NCBI GenBank assembly: GCA_036172245.1
Contig: JAYWIR010000010.1
Coordinates: 4,154,001-4,218,000, forward strand
Direction: 5' to 3'
Length of the DNA: 64,000 nucleotides
DNA from: Raillietiella orientalis
Lineage: Eukaryota
Part shown: positions 1 to 11,200 of the stretch, in pieces
Numbering within the stretch: position 1 is the stretch's first letter
Layout of the letters: the number at the start of each line of letters is the position of its first letter
Notes under the pieces: model-generated
What the model saw: the letters and a program-made list of their open reading frames with translations, nothing else
Told to the model about the DNA's origin: nothing
Databases searched by the model: none
Translations under genes and position numbers: made by a program

Positions 1-494
1 CCAATAAGTCAAAAGACGGTCTGCTTAATTGAGTGCATGAATATTCAACAGTTTGTTCTATGATACCGAAATTGTATTCCTTTCCTCCCCCATTTCCGGA
101 GCATTTATTTTTTCAGCAAAAGTTCCTACCTTCAATCGATACTGCTCCCATGGATTTTCAGGATAAAAAATAACGTTTTTTTTCCGATAATTCTGAATGG
201 CATCTCACTGGATGTGCACTGAAATGCTTGTTGGCGACGGAAAATTTTGTAATCTGAGTAATCCTTTGTCATACTAATCCCACACTATGACCAAGGATAA
301 CTTAAGTAGCAGTTTCGGTTCTGATTATGTATTGTTCATAATTACTAGCAAGGATCATCCATCCAAATTCACGTATTACACGCAGTCCATCCATCAGGCA
401 GTCCATTTATCAGGCATACGAATGGAAGCCGCTTTTTCAACATATCCGAAACCCTCGAGACAAAAGTGCTCAGAACTGATCTGTAATTTTGCAG

Positions 495-604
495 TGCTGA
501 AAGCCCTGGAAAGCCACCACTGGTCATCACTGGACGAGTGTCAGCAGGTCTTCCTCCCCAGCTTCCAGGGCACAGACGTCTGCTGCTCAGACAGCAAGCA
601 GTAG
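495..604 (+). CDS. Possible terminal coding exon of a gene starting upstream of the window (..LKALESHHWSSLDECQQVFLPSFQGTDVCCSDSKQ*)
   Basis: Acceptor-like TAATTTTGCAG ends at 494. It is followed by an open frame with mostly G/C-ending codons in an AT-rich neighbourhood, ending at TAG 602-604. No family recognised. Confidence 0.3.
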
Positions 605-1691
605 AAGATCAGGAGGGAAAAATTGGGCGGAAAAACCATGGGCGGCGCCCAAGTATAAATGGAATAAGAGGAATCTCATCGAGAAATCAAAGGCAAATCC
701 AAAAAGGGATGCACCCGAATGGACGGTGTAATTTGGCTAATTTGATTACTCGTCAGATTTTCGGACGGATTCGAAAGGATTTGGTCTTGCAAACAAAAAA
801 TGGACAAATCAAATCTCAGCGATTTCAACTTTCCGTTGGGAGAGAAGAAAAAAAAAAAAGGGCCAAGCCGTTTTTGATGGTTTGCATAATGCCTTTCTGG
901 GAGTATTCTATGGAAACATTGAAATAATAGCAGACGCCTGAAAGGCGAAAATCAAGTTTTAGGAATCTCATTTGGTTTTCCGAATCCGATGCCTTCCTTG
1001 GTCCTTCAGGATGTGAAGCATTTCGACCCCTGCAGATGTGAAGAGGAACGAACCAAACCCTTCATTCACTTTCGGCTACAAATATTTGCAATTGATGAAT
1101 TGATAGATCGGATTTTGTTATTCCGTTTCAAAGAGATGATCCAAACCCAACGAATCTTTTGACTGGAAAAGATGCTTCTAGTCAACAGTCAAAATGTTAA
1201 AAGGTTCTTTTGAGGCTAAATGATAAGAAAATGACTTGTCAATCCATCAGTACGGTAAGCGTAAGTAAAATGAAAAGATGTTTTCAACGGACAATCTGGA
1301 TCATGTTTCATGCTAGACAAAAAATTTTATATAATATAAAGAACGCATAGCGTCACTTTTCGAACCATAAATTCATAATAATTAAGAAAGAAAACTCTTG
1401 AGTTATTCTGATTCATTAAAAAAGTTTCCCATTTGCGGCGATCGAAATTTTTGAAAAACCCATTCATAATATCAGTAAACCACATGAAACCACAATGAAG
1501 TGTACCGCATGTTGGAGAAGTTGTTGTTGGAACAACCATATTATCTTTGTCTACCATCAACTCAGTCAAACCACAAATTGACATTTAACGATAACCTCCT
1601 AACCCTGAAACACTGTAGGCTTAATGATTTTGCGCGCTGCTCTCGAAGTACACAAGAAAATCAGTACATTAGTTCGACACAACGAGTAGGG

Positions 1692-2365
1692 TCATTCATC
1701 GATGGGCTTCAAAAAAACGAACAAAACACATTCAGTTTGAAATTACGGTACCTCATTTTGCTCCTTGCTTGTCTGATCGTTTAAATCATCGATCTCTTTC
1801 TGCAGTAGATCAAGTTGAGTCGTCACAGTAGTTAGAAATGCCTTCATGCTATTAATGTTGTTCTTAGCCTTAGAAAAGAAAAGAAATAAAACATTCGAAA
1901 ATAATACCGTATCGCTTTATGCTCGTACATTTGCTCCAATTCGAAAAACACATTTTCGAGTCGTTTCAATAGACCTTACAGTGCAAAACGATAAAACACT
2001 TAAATGGTCACCTGAATCGAACACAGCAATCCTATGATGGAAACTGTGAAAAACATGAATCCTGAGGAAATCGGCATCTTAATTATAAGTGCAAATATGG
2101 AAGACATAAAGACACCGAACAAGCATACTTGCAGCAAAGATTTATCCTGGAAATGCAGTAACTTATGAAACATCCCAATAAATTTCATCCACTCAAATCC
2201 TCATCAGTTCTTCACGACTTTTAAAAAAAAATGCAGATCAGCTTTTTGGAAAAAAGTTAAAAAATTATCACCATAGTGCAACAGAAGTAAAAGAGAATTT
2301 TATTGAATTTCGAAAAAAAGCCTTACCCTATATAGTAGTTGAGAAGTTCTAAACAGTTCTTCCAT
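1692..2365 (-). CDS. Candidate orphan small membrane protein (~101 aa; two hydrophobic segments followed by a coiled-coil-like tail)
   Basis: Exons 2365-2327, 2146-2012, 1868-1752, 1706-1692. All three introns are GT-AG and phase 0 (donors GTAAGG, GTGACC, GTACCG). Spliced product: MEELFRTSQLLYR-DKSLLQVCLFGVFMSSIFALIIKMPISSGFMFFTVSIIGLLCSIQ-AKNNINSMKAFLTTVTTQLDLLQKEIDDLNDQTSKEQNE-PIDE*. No homologue recognised. Confidence 0.5.
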
Positions 2366-2893
2366 GAAAATAGTAAATTTTGCGATGATCAGATTCAAAA
2401 ATGAAATTTTTTTTTTTTAAAAAAAAATAAAAAAAAATACGAAACTCCAATAGAATATGTTAAGCATTCCCGTGATTAATCATTTCGTAAAACGTATGAA
2501 AGCTCAAGTTGTTTTCCATTTTTTTCATAAGAATGGATCTAAGATTTATTTGGAACAAAATTCGAACCAAAGACTCAGGTCAAATCAGTGCATCACAAGT
2601 CTGAAATAAGGTCGGATTAGGATCACAAAGAGGAATCGCTGCGTCGTGCGATCGGTGATATCATTATGAAATTATCACAGAAAAACCATTTTAAAAAAAC
2701 TTGTTTTAATCATTATAAAAAACTACGTAGCACTAGATGAAATTGTCATAATTCAGAGAACACCGAGTTTCGAAAGTGAACTCGAAAAAATGGGTTTTGC
2801 CAAGACATAAGTTCTCAATCGACGACAACCTGACTCTGATAGAAGGAGAGCTAATTTCATTCATTTCATTCAAGCTCATTTCTTTCGTTTTGT

Positions 2894-3082
2894 TCAATCG
2901 GAGATTTCAATTATGTTTCCAAAAAATGTGTCCTTCAAGTGGTGATCTCGTTTTTTAAGTCGGAAATGGTGATTTCCATATCTTGTGAATCCTCGAGTTC
3001 TAGAATCTTCGATGGCCAAATACGAAACATACATTAAAGTAAAAAGCATTGGCATACATCCAACTATGAAATATTTCACCAT
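2894..3082 (-). CDS. Possible 62-aa peptide with a hydrophobic N-terminus and a basic/His-rich tail
   Basis: ATG-initiated ORF MVKYFIVGCMPMLFTLMYVSYLA-IEDSRTRGFTRYGNHHFRLKKRDHHLK... Its start context ATTTTCATGG is identical to that of the neighbouring orphan start at 2365. Confidence 0.25.
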   Translation of the reverse strand: MVKYFIVGCMPMLFTLMYVSYLAIEDSRTRGFTRYGNHHFRLKKRDHHLKDTFFGNIIEISD

Positions 3083-3335
3083 GAAAATTAGATTGTGCTT
3101 TTGTATTTGTTACAAACGAATGTTATTTTTTTCTGCTTGTTTACGTTTTTCTACAGCATACTGTGGCAACAAAATACACTGGAGACTTCAAAGAAAACTA
3201 TCACTCCAGCAATCTTGAGGATAACGAAGAACAACAGCATAATTATAAAAATAAAACAGAAAATTATAATCTTTACTTCGTCCAGCTTTCAGTGAAAGTT
3301 CATATCTATGAGAATGTTTAGTTTTGGCACGAATT

Positions 3336-4099
3336 ACCCATTAATCATTACAGAAACAGATCACGTTTTCATACGGAACGAGATTTTGGAAAACTGTTCA
3401 ATGAGCTGATGTCCATTCATGTAATTGCTTAGTAGTTTTTATTCCATCTAAACGTAAAATTGGTTTTACTCCAGTTTTACTTTTAGGTAGAATTTCAAAG
3501 CTTAAAGAACCATCAACGTTATTTCTAATCAAAGACAGGTTTGACGATTTCGCGAAAGCTCTGACTAGAATCGACTTATCTTTGGAACGCATGTTGTCCC
3601 AATGTATTATTGAAGGTTTTGAATCCTCTTCGACATCTGTTATGACCTCAGTGACCAATAAGGGCAAAATGAAGTAAAGTTTCAAGATAATTTGGAGACA
3701 TTCACAAAACTGCTCCCTTCCCAAGAAAATATTTCACAGCAACTAGACATTTTTGGATACTGCCCTGGCTCTATCGCAGAGGAGAATGAATTCATTATTT
3801 CACTATTTCTGACTCGAATGAGATATTTGGAGATATCTTTTCGAATAGGATAAATCATAATGCTGTTAAAGATGCATGAAATGCAACAGAGGTTTCAAGA
3901 GTCCATCTGCTTGACGAATTACGAGTACAAGATTGACACAGAGGAGGAGGAGGAGGAAGTATTGAAACTCTAGCTAACAGCAAAATTAGAGCAAAACTAG
4001 TGAGCAATTACACAAATGGACATCGACGCAGTTTTCCACAATCTCGTTCCTCGTGAGAACACATCAGAACATGATGTGTTTCTGTAATGCTTAATGGGT
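3336..4099. repeat. Imperfect inverted repeat: arms ~3336-3496 and ~3964-4099, spacer ~470 bp
   Basis: The reverse complement of 3336-3496 (GAAATTCTACCTAAAAGTAAAACTGGAGTAAAAC...AGCAATTACATGAATGGACATC...CAGTTTTCCAAAATCTCGTTCC...TGTTTCTGTAATGATTAATGGGT) aligns with indels to 3964-4099 (GAAACTCTAGCTAACAGCAAAATTAGAGCAAAAC..AGCAATTACACAAATGGACATC..CAGTTTTCCACAATCTCGTTCC...TGTTTCTGTAATGCTTAATGGGT). Confidence 0.85.
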
Positions 4100-4468
4100 T
4101 CACTAATAAACATTGAATTGTTCGGGCGCCAAAAGTTAATTTTTCAATCGATGAATAGTACTCAGAGCCCGTAGAGTCTCATTTAGGAGGCTCATGACAT
4201 TTTCAATATCCACAAAAAGTCACTTCGTGACTGTTATAATTTTAACAAATCATTTAATTCTTGCATTTTAAAAGGGAACTGAGATTTCATTTAATTAAAA
4301 TCATATGTATGCGAATTACAAAAAAAAGGATTAAGGAATTTTAGGGTAGTTCTTTCACACTTTACTGACTTGTACGCCACTTTCTCCTAATGTATAAAAT
4401 CGAAAATTTTCTTCCTACCAAGTCGTCAAATAGTATACGCTGTAACCCATTTTGGACTTCATACATTT

Positions 4469-5287
4469 TTGAACTTGTATCGATTGAACCTATTTTTTGA
4501 TGAAGAGAGGCGTGTATCATTCCTTATGAAAGAAGGTATACTATACACTGAGCACGCTTGTTCTTTGTGTCACAGTGCAATGAAATTAAACACTGCTAAC
4601 AAGACTTGTACTTGTAGGAAGATGAATTGTCATGATTTCGTCTCAGTTCCACCAAAGTTATTTCTTGTTCGAAGTTCCTGTTCCTTGGGTATTCAAAGCT
4701 GAACCAAGTTCACGTTCAATTGAAGCAGCGTCTGGGATCCAATCATTCCGCGAGCTCCCAAAGTTTTTCAGAACAGTGGGATTTCTATGAATTTGGGTGT
4801 TATTTCTCATTTAGCAGAAGTAAAAGCTGTAAGATAGGAGCAAAAATCTAGTGGTGGAAATCCATGATTTGAAGCTCGGCAAACATAAATATAACTGTAG
4901 CCATAGAGTCAGTGGAGTGTAAGTGGGTAATTGATGAGATAGAAAGGATCACTGTGAGACAGGTGTGTTTCTTGCTGAGATTAAAAGCGGTCATAAGAGA
5001 GCTTTTTGGAAATCATACAGAGATATTTCTTCCCAGACTCAGTAATGCACAATGATGGTAAGGTTCAGCCAATGAATATGAGCATCACAGTCGAGCTCTA
5101 TTGTTCACTTTGAGCACTTTAACACACGTAAATACAACAAAAATAGATATCCTTGGTTGCAATAGTTTGAAATGCAAATCAAACCAAGGAAGAAAAACAG
5201 CATCTCTGGAAGATCACATGGAGAAAAAACGACTACAGGCTATGGGATGCGTTTATTAATGCATTGAAAGACAAGGAGTGTGTTTAA
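4469..5287 (+). mobile_element. Decayed Merlin (ISXO2/IS1595-like DDE) DNA transposase fossil
   Basis: An N-terminal zinc-ribbon-like segment (FDEERRVSFLMKEGILYTEHACSLCHSAMKL...CTCRKMNC) is followed by frameshifted fragments KIG / LVVEIHDLKLGKHKYNCSHRVSGV / WVIDEIER / LEIIQRYFFPDSVMHNDG / WRKNDYRLWDAFINALKD. These follow the order of the Merlin consensus KIGG..IVEIDESKFGKRKYNRG.RVEG.WVFGG.ER...LL.II...I.PGS.I.SD.W. Multiple stops and frameshifts; the first catalytic Asp reads His. Confidence 0.85.
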
Positions 5288-6112
5288 TTCAAATAAGAAA
5301 GTTATCATACAAACGAACCTCAAGGGAGAGAAGGAATGTGAAGATGAAATGTGGAACTTGTCATCTTCGATGTACGCGTATTTGCTGTTTGTATACAAGA
5401 GGAATGAGAAGCTGTTTCGAAAGGCTCATTTTAATAGAGCCTTTTCATATTAAATTTTATATGGAATTTAAAGAAAAATAACCTCATTTCTGGGGAAGGA
5501 AAAACATTTGGTGAAAGAATCTTAAAATGTTATTAATATTTCATTGAATTAATTCAATACATACATGTACTGCAACGGTACGCATTTATCTATGCAAATA
5601 CTTGCTTTAAACACGTAATTTGAAATTTCGAGTTTTCCAAAAATTTGGTTTTGTTTCATATGAAAAAAGCACTCCTGTTGCAGGCAGTATCAATTGTAAG
5701 CACATAATCATATAAATATATGAATTTGATAAAATAAAATTAAAGTATAAGATTCATATTGCATTTTTTCTTACTATAGATGGAAGTTGCATTCAGAATT
5801 GTACAAAAATTTATTTTCTAGTTGATATCTTTGCTTCCGAATGCGCAGAAATATAAAAGAATAATGGTATATGTATGCATTATTCTAATTTGAAACAAGA
5901 AAAAGAAAGAAATATTTCTTATTACTATGTTTATTTAATACGTGGTAGTATTATGTAACATTATGTTTGAAAAATTCTGTGATCTGGTATTTCGTGTGTT
6001 TTCGTTCGTGGGTGTGTTATAGTTGGAATGCAACTGCGAGTCTTATGAATTATGTGATAACTATAAATTGAATACTCTCGTGTTTGTTTGTGATAGCAGG
6101 AAATAAGATTAA

Positions 6113-8185
6113 ATGAAAACATTGAGCTATTCAGTTCTACATTTGATAATTTTTTATCTCGAGGTCAGTATATACAACTCTGTTGCGTAATACTATTGTA
6201 TATTGCTGCGAAAAACATTATGAAACACTGGTTTTTAATGCCCAATTTCATACTACTGATCGCTTTTATCGTTTGAAATACAAATAATCGCACGGTACAT
6301 CTAAAGATAAATCATCTTCAGTATCCCAATTTCTGAAAAGTAACTGGATTTTAGAAATTGGAATTTTGTCGTGCACGACATAAGCAGTAGGACCTCCGTA
6401 GGAGCACTGCAAAGAATAGCCAACATAATGAATTGATGGGCCTGTAGTAGATTAGTTGTAGAATATTAAAAAGTTTGTACTATTTGTCATGATGCCTGTT
6501 ACATACTAATAGGCATCATGACATTTTGTTGGGCTATGGAAATTCATACTTGTTCAGTAGTTTCACCATAGCCACAAACATCTTTTGAATTTTTGAAGCA
6601 TTTCGTATTTTGAAATATTCCCGTATATTTGCATAATTGAAATTTCAGATATTTTTAGCATGTGGTCTAGAATGTTATGTGTGCACAGACCAAGACGAAA
6701 ATACTCAGAAATGTGGAAATACTGTTGAGATCTGTGACTTTGGGTACACCCACTGCTTGTCCATTATTAAGTGGAAAAGTAAGTTTAAGTAACTGACTAA
6801 TTGAAAAGAGAACATAGGATAAAACATCGGAGTTCTGATACCAAAGGCAAACTAAAATAGCGTTTCTAATATTTTGTTGTCTGTATTTTATTTTGTATTT
6901 GAGGTTTCGGTTGTATATGTCAGATTCAAGTGCTGTCATGTCTGTGTATTTTTTCTAATGTATCAGGAGGCTTTTGTCCAGTGTTACTTGTAATCTTTTC
7001 AGTCATTCTTTCAGAATTCTTATTTTCTTATGTGCTTTGTGTTTTTAATATCCTATAACATACGTATATATATGGTTCTCTCATAATTTGCATAATTTTT
7101 TGCAAAGCTTGATATTGTGTTTATTGTTATTTTGTTAACTGTGGTTCATCAGGTACTCAGTATTGGTCTCCAAGAGCAGAAAAACAGTATTATATTACCA
7201 AAAGATGTGCTAATGCATCCTCATGCACCAGTACAGCAGAGAATGTGACACTGTGCCATCATATATGGTATGAAGACTGGACCTGTTCTGAATGTTGTCA
7301 AGGGGATCGTTGTAATTATTATATTACTGTAAGTTACATTTATATTTGAAGCTCAAAGTGTGATTGGAAAATAGTATTTCTGCTATGTAATAAGTTACAA
7401 ACTTGAGAGAGGAGTAGTGCATGATTTTATTTGTAATTTCTCATAAGATTACTTGGAAATTACCAGTTAGATTTAATATAACTGTATCCCTAATTCAGTC
7501 TTTTGAAAGCAATCAAGTGATCATAAATCCATGACTGAATGTAGATCAGGTTCTGAAATGAATTCATTTGTGTTCATGTGGAATAATTTTTATTTATAAA
7601 TTTGATCATTATACCCATAATGCCCATCACCAGAATATTTGTTTGCAGTTAATGTAAATTTAATTATTGTATTGTGGAAAATATTTTTGATGAATATCAG
7701 CATCTTGATAGTTATATTTTCAGTATTTAGGAAAGGATCAAGTTTCTTAATGAAATCTTACGTAAATTCTTTTATTATGAACCTGTTTTCATGCAGTTCA
7801 TTTTATGTAATGATTTTCATTTTGATAAAATAGGAATGTACGTTGTTTTGTAGAGAGCTTTTAGATTTCATTGTTGTACATGCAGGTCGTGTCACAGAAT
7901 ACTGTGCATGCAAGGTAATCGTAAGTAATTGTGTATGTGTTTGATTATTTATGATGCAAGTCTATAGGCATTTCCTCCATGATTTATTACACAGCAGTCT
8001 TTAATAATGAGTAATAATCAGAGCAAACAGCTCTTTTGCGTAAAATTTGATTTGTAAAATTTTAACATTTTTCGGTTTTTCAGTTGGCAGGTGGAATGGT
8101 GAAGGCATCCTTTCATCTGGTGGTGTTTGCCTTTTTATTATCCATTTTTATGTGGTCGCTTACTAGGCAACTACGACTCGAGTAA
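6113..8185 (+). CDS. cold: Ly6/uPAR three-finger GPI-anchored septate junction protein, orthologue of Drosophila coiled (152 aa)
   Basis: Exons 6113-6163, 6649-6778, 7153-7328, 8084-8185, all GT-AG and phase-compatible. Signal peptide MKTLSYSVLHLIIFYLEIFLACG; then LECYVCTDQDENTQKCGNTVEICDFGYTHCLSIIKWKSTQYWSPRAEKQYYITKRC...CHHIWYEDWTCSECCQGDRCNYYIT; then a hydrophobic GPI-signal-like tail. KQYY.KRC and HIWYEDW.C.ECC.GDRCNY match Coiled as I recall it. Confidence 0.9.
6485..6523. repeat. Hairpin with a perfect 13-bp stem (TGTCATGATGCCT / AGGCATCATGACA) in coiled intron 1
   Basis: Arms 6485-6497 and 6511-6523 are exact reverse complements. The stem extends by 4 more pairs including one G-U, leaving a 5-nt loop. 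Confidence 0.9.
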
Positions 8186-8221
8186 TCATTTTATTTAAGA
8201 AGACTTCATTTTTTACCGTCT

Positions 8222-8227
8222 AATAAA
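8222..8227 (+). promoter_or_regulatory. Polyadenylation signal of coiled
   Basis: AATAAA starting 37 nt after the last base of the stop codon, followed by T/GT-rich sequence. Confidence 0.6.
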
Positions 8228-11200
8228 AATATTTTTATAATTTGTGTAATCACAGTTGCTTATTTTTGACTTTGGTTGTCTTGTGATCAGACGATAACAT
8301 TAAGATGAATTTGCACGTTTTATTGCCACAAGGTGCAGTCGTAGCCCCGTTTCTTCTATAGCTTCTGTTTCGTGGAAATTCGAAAAGCTCAATGAAAAGC
8401 CGAAGGAAGACCATATTTTTTTGTTGACTTCGAGCCCAAATCCCACTCTAGTTTTTGTTTATGGGTATTCTTTGTCATACATTGCAGCAAGGTGTGTTGA
8501 ATATTCAGCAAGTTGACTTGTTGGAAACCTTTACTAATCAGCGATCTAATTTAGGTAAAAAGTTAAGAGCTTGCTCCACGTTTTTGACACACCAGAAACG
8601 GCTGTTATCTCTGGCTGCAATTATTGATTTTCTGTAATTTATCGATCATTAAATCCACTAGTGGATCGGTAATCTGATCACATTTTTGATGTACGGTAAG
8701 ATCTCCAAAACCTGTTTGATAACGGAGGTTCAAATGCTTACTCTTAGTTTCGGCCCCTCTTAGTTTCCTGTGCATGATTTCAAATTTGAAGATACCATCA
8801 TTGCTACATTCACACTCAGTAATGCTTATTTTAGCTGTCCCCGTGCTGATCTTGCCAAAAACCTTTCTCGGTGTGCTATTTTTGCATCTTGATCTCTCAG
8901 CATGCTACTTTCCTTATTAAATTCAAGCCGCTCGACTTTGTCTATCTTCCTTTTACTTATACAATTTCCAAGGCTGCTACTCTGTGCCAAAAACCACGAA
9001 CGATTCCTCTCCACCCCATTGCTGCCGCTGCGTTGCTCCTCCGTGGTGAGATGATGGACCTTCACAGTCCTCCAAGCGGAAAGGCGCTTGAAAAACTCAC
9101 GTTGCATTTGACTCATTCTCGATGACATTGTGATTTCAAATGTAGTGTTCAGCTCGTGCTCGTTCCCCCCCCCCCCCCCCCCTCCAATATTTGGAACACA
9201 CCTGACGTCCGTATGCTGTTTGTAGCTCTGTTCTGAACGACCTCCAATCGGCAGTTCTTGCACCAGCGCGGAAATCGTTTCCCGGTTTTCCGGAATGATT
9301 TCCTAATGACACTTGGAAATTGCATTCACTAACGTTTGTCATTTCTCAGCATTGCCTTCAGGTTTTCGAAGTCGCAGCACGTTATTGGTGTTTAGCATTT
9401 TTCCTCCATTCAAGATTTGTGTTTGTTCGTTTCGTTGCCAAATGTGTCGTCCGATCGTCCCAAAGTTCTTTTATTTACCGCAGAGTTTAACGTGTAAGCA
9501 TTCAAACCAAAAATCGTTTCCGTATTGTATCCGTACCTGCCTAACTTATATTTTCCTTGTTTTTCTTTTTTCTTTTTTTCTGATCTCAATAACCAGAAAG
9601 AGTTCCTGAGGAGTCACTCACTCTTTACGTTATTCACTTTTTCAGCATTGCATGTAATAAAAGTGAAGCCTTCCAGAATCACTTGGCCTGTTTTTCCAGC
9701 GAACGTATTTCTGGAATCCCCCCCCCCCCTTCCCGGAAGTCATGTTGATTGTCTGTGCATTCCATCAGGTATTGCCATTTCTACCAGTCTATTTTTCTTC
9801 AGTGAGGCAGTCCAGTTTCCATGTACTTTCTTGACTGTTGAACCCGATGGAGTTTCTGTTGTGATTTCCGTACGGATGGCATTTGCGTACGAATGCTTTC
9901 GAGATAATTTGTCTTGGTTTCAGAACTGTGAACGTTCGGTCACCCCTTGTTAGTACCTCAACTTCAGCATTTTGAATGCGATTCACCCGATGTTAATTTG
10001 GTGGATATATAAAAGCCTTTAAGGACGTTTTCTTTACTTCATTACGCTTTTTACCATCTGAAAGTTGTAATAACCAGCAGTTTGTAGTGAGCTTTGGAAA
10101 ACCGTTTGGGGATTCACGACTTTTTTTTACTTGCTACATTTTTCCATTTATTTGGCATGCTTATGTGAACGTTTGTATCAGCTCCTCACAATCCGCAAAT
10201 ATCCAATGCTAAACGATAGAATGAAGACCAAGTGCCGTCTGAAATTGCGATCTACTTTTTTGAGAAGCAGAGTCCAGCAGTATTGGTTCTCCGTATATTA
10301 TCATTCAACTGAAAAGATGAAATAAAAATAGCAGATGCAAGAGCTAACGATTGGATAGGTTCGATTTCACAGAAACATTTCATTTCCAGTACTTCAGTCG
10401 TAAACATGCTCCAATTACAAGTAGATTCTCAGCCCTACAACATTCTGTCTAATTTTGCGGAACAGGGACGCCCAAAGAAATCTTCAAAACGGATGAGATG
10501 GACACTTGTGTCAAGGAACTTGGTGGTTTCAAACGAAACTCAAAAAACAAGAAAGTAGAAGGTTATGAGGGTTATGGAACAACTGTCCGATCTTAAGATT
10601 CGTTGGAGCAGTGGCCCACAAACTACAAGGCTCTGTTCTGCTCAGCTAGCGAGTCGTTCACGAAAACTAAACTTTTTTTTCCTGCATATTTCTTCACATC
10701 TTGTATTTTTGTTTCACGCTATCTTATAGAGAGATGACTGAAGTTATTGAAGCAGAAGAAAGCTTTTGTAACTTCGCTACAAATGGTAGCATCAGATATA
10801 CGATCTTTGCTTCTCTCATGGACCATGCTCATCCACCTTGCTGCATTAAAATCCTCCGTCCACTGTTTTGCCGAAACATTTTCGAAAACAGATCTTGGCG
10901 GCACTGAATGTCCTGTTTCAAATATGCTGAAATAGAAAGCTCTAAGAATAAACAAGACAACGATTATCTTTTCGTTCTCCGAAGAGATCACAGGAACCGT
11001 GTGATCTTACTTTTAAGTGGCTCCACTTTTCAGGAGCACGGTGTTAAGAGGCATGTCGAATTTCGTCACGAATACTTAAAGGATCTTCAAACAAACGCCA
11101 CAGGTCTACTAAAAGGAAAACTTGTCACTGAAAAGTACTTACTGAAACGAAAAGTACTTGCTGAAATATTTTTTACTAAAAAATGTTTTCAAGAAGCAAC

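Noticed and set aside
382..416. Short tandem duplications (16-nt x2 here; 19-nt x2 at ~11130-11166)
   Set aside because: Two-copy local slippage events with no further structure.
2180..2212. Minus-strand CTGATGAG...GAAA resembling a hammerhead ribozyme core
   Set aside because: The intervening sequence cannot form stem II, and stems I/III are not evident.
7886..7914. AG/GT-bounded 29-nt segment in coiled intron 3 as a cassette exon
   Set aside because: Not a multiple of three, so it would frameshift the GPI signal; no other support.
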